Source of the DNA: an uncultured Bacteroidales bacterium
Lineage (GTDB): Bacteria; Bacteroidota; Bacteroidia; Bacteroidales; UBA4417
DNA length: 39,685 nucleotides
Assembly (NCBI GenBank): GCA_903917425.1
Contig: CAIXAQ010000601.1
Location: 1 to 39,685, forward strand
Reading direction: 5' to 3'
Part shown: positions 36,751-39,685 of the stretch, one piece after another
How the letters are laid out: every line of letters starts with the position of its first letter
Position numbering within the stretch: the first letter of the stretch is position 1
The notes under the pieces: model-generated
Seen by the model: only the letters and a program-made list of their open reading frames with translations
The model's database searches: none
Told to the model about the DNA's origin: nothing
Translations under genes and position numbers: made by a program

Positions 36751-37305
36751 GTGGAAATAATCGCGTTAGGGGCACTGGAATTCAGCAGTATAGCCATCGG
36801 CATACTGGCATTGGATGAAATGGTAAAAGTTGCCCCGATCAAAATCATTGAGGCTCGTACCATGTGCCCCGGCAAATACATTATCGTTTTCACCGGGGAT
36901 GTAGCTTCTGTTGATTATTCGTTCCAAAAAGGCCTCGAAACCGGCAAGGAACTGATTGTTGACAGTTTGTTCCTCCCGATGATACACCCTGACGCAATGG
37001 CAGCAATTGGTAAGGTCATTCAAGTAAGCGAATGGTCGGCCATAGGAATTATCGAAACACTTACTGTTGTGTCCGGCATCGAAGCCGCTGATCTGGCGGC
37101 TAAGATTGGAGGCGTAAAAATCATAGAAGTGCGACTTGCAATAGGATTCGGAGGCAAATCCTATGTAAAATTAATGGGAAGCCTCGATGCTGTTCAAGCC
37201 GCGATGCAGGCCGGAACGGAAGCAGCCAGGGCCAAAAAACTCTTGTGTATGGCAACACTCATTCCACAGCCTCATATTGAAACACGGCCCTATTTCATGC
37301 AATAA
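36751..37305 (+). CDS. PduT-like tandem BMC-T shell protein with a conserved pore cysteine
   Basis: I prefer the GTG at 36751, preceded by AAGGAGG (36739-36745), to the track's ATG at 36709. This avoids a 32-nt overlap and aligns the N-terminus (VEIIALGALEFSSIA) with PduT (MSQAIGILELTSIA). TMCPGKYIIVF matches PduT TICPGKFLLML. The second domain reads AIGIIETLTVVSGIEAAD...IPQPH. Confidence 0.88.
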   Translation: MEIIALGALEFSSIAIGILALDEMVKVAPIKIIEARTMCPGKYIIVFTGDVASVDYSFQKGLETGKELIVDSLFLPMIHPDAMAAIGKVIQVSEWSAIGIIETLTVVSGIEAADLAAKIGGVKIIEVRLAIGFGGKSYVKLMGSLDAVQAAMQAGTEAARAKKLLCMATLIPQPHIETRPYFMQ

Positions 37306-37314
37306 GCGAACATA

Positions 37315-38730
37315 ATGGAAAATCTGGAAGAAAGCGTAAGGCAGATTATAAAGGACGTTATTAAAGGCATGGATCTCAGCCTGCCAAAAGATGCTGCAAC
37401 TGACAGTTTAGGTGTATTTCCTACAATCAGCAAGGCAATTGATGCTTCCGAACTGTCATTCAGGGAGTTTGGCAAGCTTTCGCTGGAAATCCGGAAAAAC
37501 ATCATTTCCAACATCCGGAAAGTCTGCCAGGCAAACAAGGAAATTATTTCCAAAATGGCATGGAAAGAAACCGGTTTAGGCCGTTGGGAAGATAAAGTGA
37601 TTAAGAATGAGCTGGGTATTTTAAAAACACCCGGCGTTGAAGACCTGGTTGCCGAAGCCTTTTCCGATGATTCCGGCCTGACGCTGGTTGAAAGGGCGCC
37701 TTACGGCATTATAGGTTCCATTACTCCGAGCACCAACCCTACCGTGACTATCATCAGTAATACCATCGGAATGATTTCCGGAGGAAATTCTGTTGTTTTT
37801 AACCCGCACCCCTCTTCAAAAAAAGTCTCTGCATTCCTTGTTACCCTGCTCAACAAAGCAATTATTGAAGCCGGAGGGCCGGCAAACCTGGTTAGCTGTA
37901 TTGCCGAACCTACTATCGAATCGGCAAAAGACCTGATGACTCATCCAAAAATTGCCATACTGGTTGTAACCGGCGGACCTGCCGTTGTAAGGGTTGCGAT
38001 GAACAGCGGTAAAAAAGTAATTGCCGCCGGTCCCGGAAACCCGCCATGCGTTGTTGACGAAACCGCCGACATTGCAAAAGCAGGCAAGGACATAGTAGAT
38101 GGTGCCAGCTTCGACAACAATGTAATTTGCATCTGCGAGAAGGAGATTATCGTGGTTGCATCGGTTGCTGACAGGTTAAAGGAGGAAATGAAGAAAAACG
38201 GTGCTTACGAACTGAATGAGTACCAGATAAAAAAAATCACCGAACTCGTCATTGCCGAACCTGGCGGACCCGGGAACGAAGGAGCTGCCAATAAAAATTA
38301 TGTTGGCAAAAATGCCGATTTTATAGCAAAACAAATCGGGCTTACCGTCCCTCCTTCAACCCGCTTGTTGCTTTGTGAGGTGGGCCGCGAACATCCTTTG
38401 GTTTGGACAGAGCAATTAATGCCGGTAATGCCTTTGGTACGGGTAAAAGATGTAGATATTGCCATCGAAATGGCGGTTGAAGTTGAGCATGGATTCAGGC
38501 ATACCGCCATCATGCATTCGCTGAATATTGCCAAGCTGAGCAAAATGGCGAAAGCCATGAATTGTTCCATTTTTATAAAAAACGGACCTAGTTATGCCGG
38601 GCTAGGCCACGGTGGCGCAGGATTTGCTTCATTCACCATTGCCAGTCCCACCGGCGAAGGCGTTACCCGCGCCCGCACTTTTACCAGGGAAAGACGATGC
38701 ACAGTGGTGGATTATTTCAGGATTATCTAG
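37315..38730 (+). CDS. CoA-acylating aldehyde dehydrogenase (PduP/EutE-like) with an N-terminal encapsulation-type helix
   Basis: 471 aa. The catalytic region is FDNNVICICEKE (compare FDNNLPCIAEKE in PduP). Other motifs are ITPSTNP and GGPAVV. The N-terminal MENLEESVRQIIKDVIKGM is amphipathic and is followed by a linker-like segment. Confidence 0.92.
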   Translation: MENLEESVRQIIKDVIKGMDLSLPKDAATDSLGVFPTISKAIDASELSFREFGKLSLEIRKNIISNIRKVCQANKEIISKMAWKETGLGRWEDKVIKNELGILKTPGVEDLVAEAFSDDSGLTLVERAPYGIIGSITPSTNPTVTIISNTIGMISGGNSVVFNPHPSSKKVSAFLVTLLNKAIIEAGGPANLVSCIAEPTIESAKDLMTHPKIAILVVTGGPAVVRVAMNSGKKVIAAGPGNPPCVVDETADIAKAGKDIVDGASFDNNVICICEKEIIVVASVADRLKEEMKKNGAYELNEYQIKKITELVIAEPGGPGNEGAANKNYVGKNADFIAKQIGLTVPPSTRLLLCEVGREHPLVWTEQLMPVMPLVRVKDVDIAIEMAVEVEHGFRHTAIMHSLNIAKLSKMAKAMNCSIFIKNGPSYAGLGHGGAGFASFTIASPTGEGVTRARTFTRERRCTVVDYFRII

Positions 38731-38789
38731 GGATATTTGATAGAAAGCAGTTACCTACCATACTAAAAGACACGAAATTTCATAAATAG

Positions 38790-38804
38790 TTCCCATATTG
38801 GGAA
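38790..38804. promoter_or_regulatory. Candidate higBA operator: inverted repeat TTCCCA-tat-TGGGAA
   Basis: Two 6-bp perfect arms with a 3-nt centre. It ends 34 nt upstream of the preferred HigB start at 38838. Confidence 0.35.
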
Positions 38805-38837
38805 TTTTTGATTATCTTTGCATCACTATTCGGGTTT

Positions 38838-39134
38838 ATGGAAAGAATATTTGCAAAAAGTACGCTGAGAGACTTTTGGGATGCACATCCAGATTCCGAA
38901 CAATACCTGAAGACCTGGTTTGATACGGCAATGAGTTCTAACTGGAATACACCTAATGAAGTTAAACAGACATATATAAATGCAAGTATTCTGAAAGACA
39001 GTAGAATTGTTTTTAACATCAAAGGCAATTCCTACAGGCTGGTAGTAAAATTCAACTTTGAGAAACAATGGATATTTATCCGTTTCATTGGAACTCATGT
39101 TGAGTACAATAAGATTGATGCAAACACAATTTAA
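38838..39134 (+). CDS. higB: Type II toxin HigB-family mRNA interferase (RelE superfamily)
   Basis: I prefer the start at MERIFAKSTLRDFWDAHPDSEQYLKTWFD (38838). ...NIKGNSYRLVVKFNFEKQWIFIRFIGTHVEYNKID matches the HigB toxin family pattern (98 aa). Confidence 0.85.
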   Translation: MERIFAKSTLRDFWDAHPDSEQYLKTWFDTAMSSNWNTPNEVKQTYINASILKDSRIVFNIKGNSYRLVVKFNFEKQWIFIRFIGTHVEYNKIDANTI

Positions 39135-39144
39135 ATTTCAGAAA

Positions 39145-39513
39145 ATGGAAATAAAACCAATAAAAACTGAAACCGACTATAGCCAGGCACTGAAAAGGCT
39201 TGAAACCATTTTTAGTGCAGAAATTGGAACCACTGAAAGCGATGAAGCAGATGTGCTTGGACTGCTGATTGATGAATATGAAAAAAAACATTATCCGATT
39301 GAAGCACCAGATCCGATTGAAGCGATTAAAATAAGAATGGAAGAAATGCAGCTTAAACAGAGCGATCTGGTAAATGAACTTGGAGGAAAGAGCCGGGTTT
39401 CGGAAATATTAAACCGGAAAAGAAAACTGACTGTTGAAATGATCCGAAAATTAACTGCCAGATTAAACCTTTCACCCGGATTATTAATCAATGACTATCA
39501 ACTGACAAGATAA
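39145..39513 (+). CDS. higA: HigA-family antitoxin with C-terminal XRE-type HTH
   Basis: I prefer the start at MEIKPIKTETDYSQALKRLE (39145), 10 nt after the higB stop. The N-terminal helical region is followed by an HTH (LKQSDLVNELGGKSRVSEILNRKRKLTVEMIRKL). Confidence 0.85.
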   Translation: MEIKPIKTETDYSQALKRLETIFSAEIGTTESDEADVLGLLIDEYEKKHYPIEAPDPIEAIKIRMEEMQLKQSDLVNELGGKSRVSEILNRKRKLTVEMIRKLTARLNLSPGLLINDYQLTR

Positions 39514-39685
39514 TGTACGGTTGGCAAAAAAGGCATAAAAAATGTCGTGTTTTGGAGTCTATTTGAAGCTTGGTTGCCCGAATGATCAATCGTGTTGAAA
39601 AACTCAACCATCGCAAATCTGCAAAACGTCAAATTCAATAATGTGAGCCAGAGCAAACAAGCATTTTATGATATTTAAATTGCCA

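Noticed and set aside
39514-39685. Possible gene start in the last 172 nt (for example the 19-codon ATG ORF MINRVEKLNHRKSAKRQIQ)
   Set aside because: It is too short and uninformative to call. Whether the BMC locus resumes downstream cannot be judged from this window.

Overview
All calls come from reading the ORF translations and DNA by eye; no database search or computation was run. The window looks like chromosomal DNA from a Bacteroidota-type organism. Supporting signs are a T9SS C-terminal sorting domain, DUF4296 and OmpH-type genes, AT-rich intergenic DNA and few Shine-Dalgarno sites.

Layout:
(1) 1-1062 (-): the 5' part of a secreted HYR/Ig-repeat surface protein that runs off the window edge.
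(2) 1063-3315: an unusually long, ORF-free, AT-rich region of about 2.25 kb with several repeats and palindromes.
(3) 3316-28432 (+): one co-directional exopolysaccharide/capsule locus of about 25 kb. It opens with a tandemly duplicated two-gene module, each a CheY-like single-domain response regulator plus a priming phosphoglycosyl transferase (PGT). Each PGT carries an N-terminal pseudo-receiver domain and a conserved 4-Cys insertion. Next come a half-size TolC-like outer-membrane protein and a Wzc-like co-polymerase with a periplasmic LysM domain and a degenerate kinase domain. These are followed by a Wzx-like flippase, a Wzy-like polymerase, an embedded hybrid histidine kinase (CHASE4-like, GAF, two receivers), galE and rfbB. 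The locus ends with five glycosyltransferases, an acetyltransferase, an FkbM methyltransferase and a T9SS-sorted beta-helix protein.
(4) 28579-34445: a housekeeping block (DUF1761, cstA, DUF4296 lipoprotein, OmpH/Skp-like, recQ).
(5) 35117-38730 (+): a compact bacterial microcompartment (BMC) locus. It has a tandem-domain shell protein, a BMC-H, two BMC-P, a PduT-like BMC-T and an acylating aldehyde dehydrogenase with an N-terminal encapsulation-type helix. No signature enzyme, phosphotransacylase or alcohol dehydrogenase is visible.
(6) 38838-39513: a higBA-type toxin-antitoxin pair directly downstream.

The two most interesting candidates are the response-regulator/pseudo-receiver-PGT modules, which suggest post-translational two-component control of polysaccharide priming, and the minimal BMC locus bounded by recQ and higBA. 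No rRNA, tRNA, CRISPR array, transposase or integrase was recognised.
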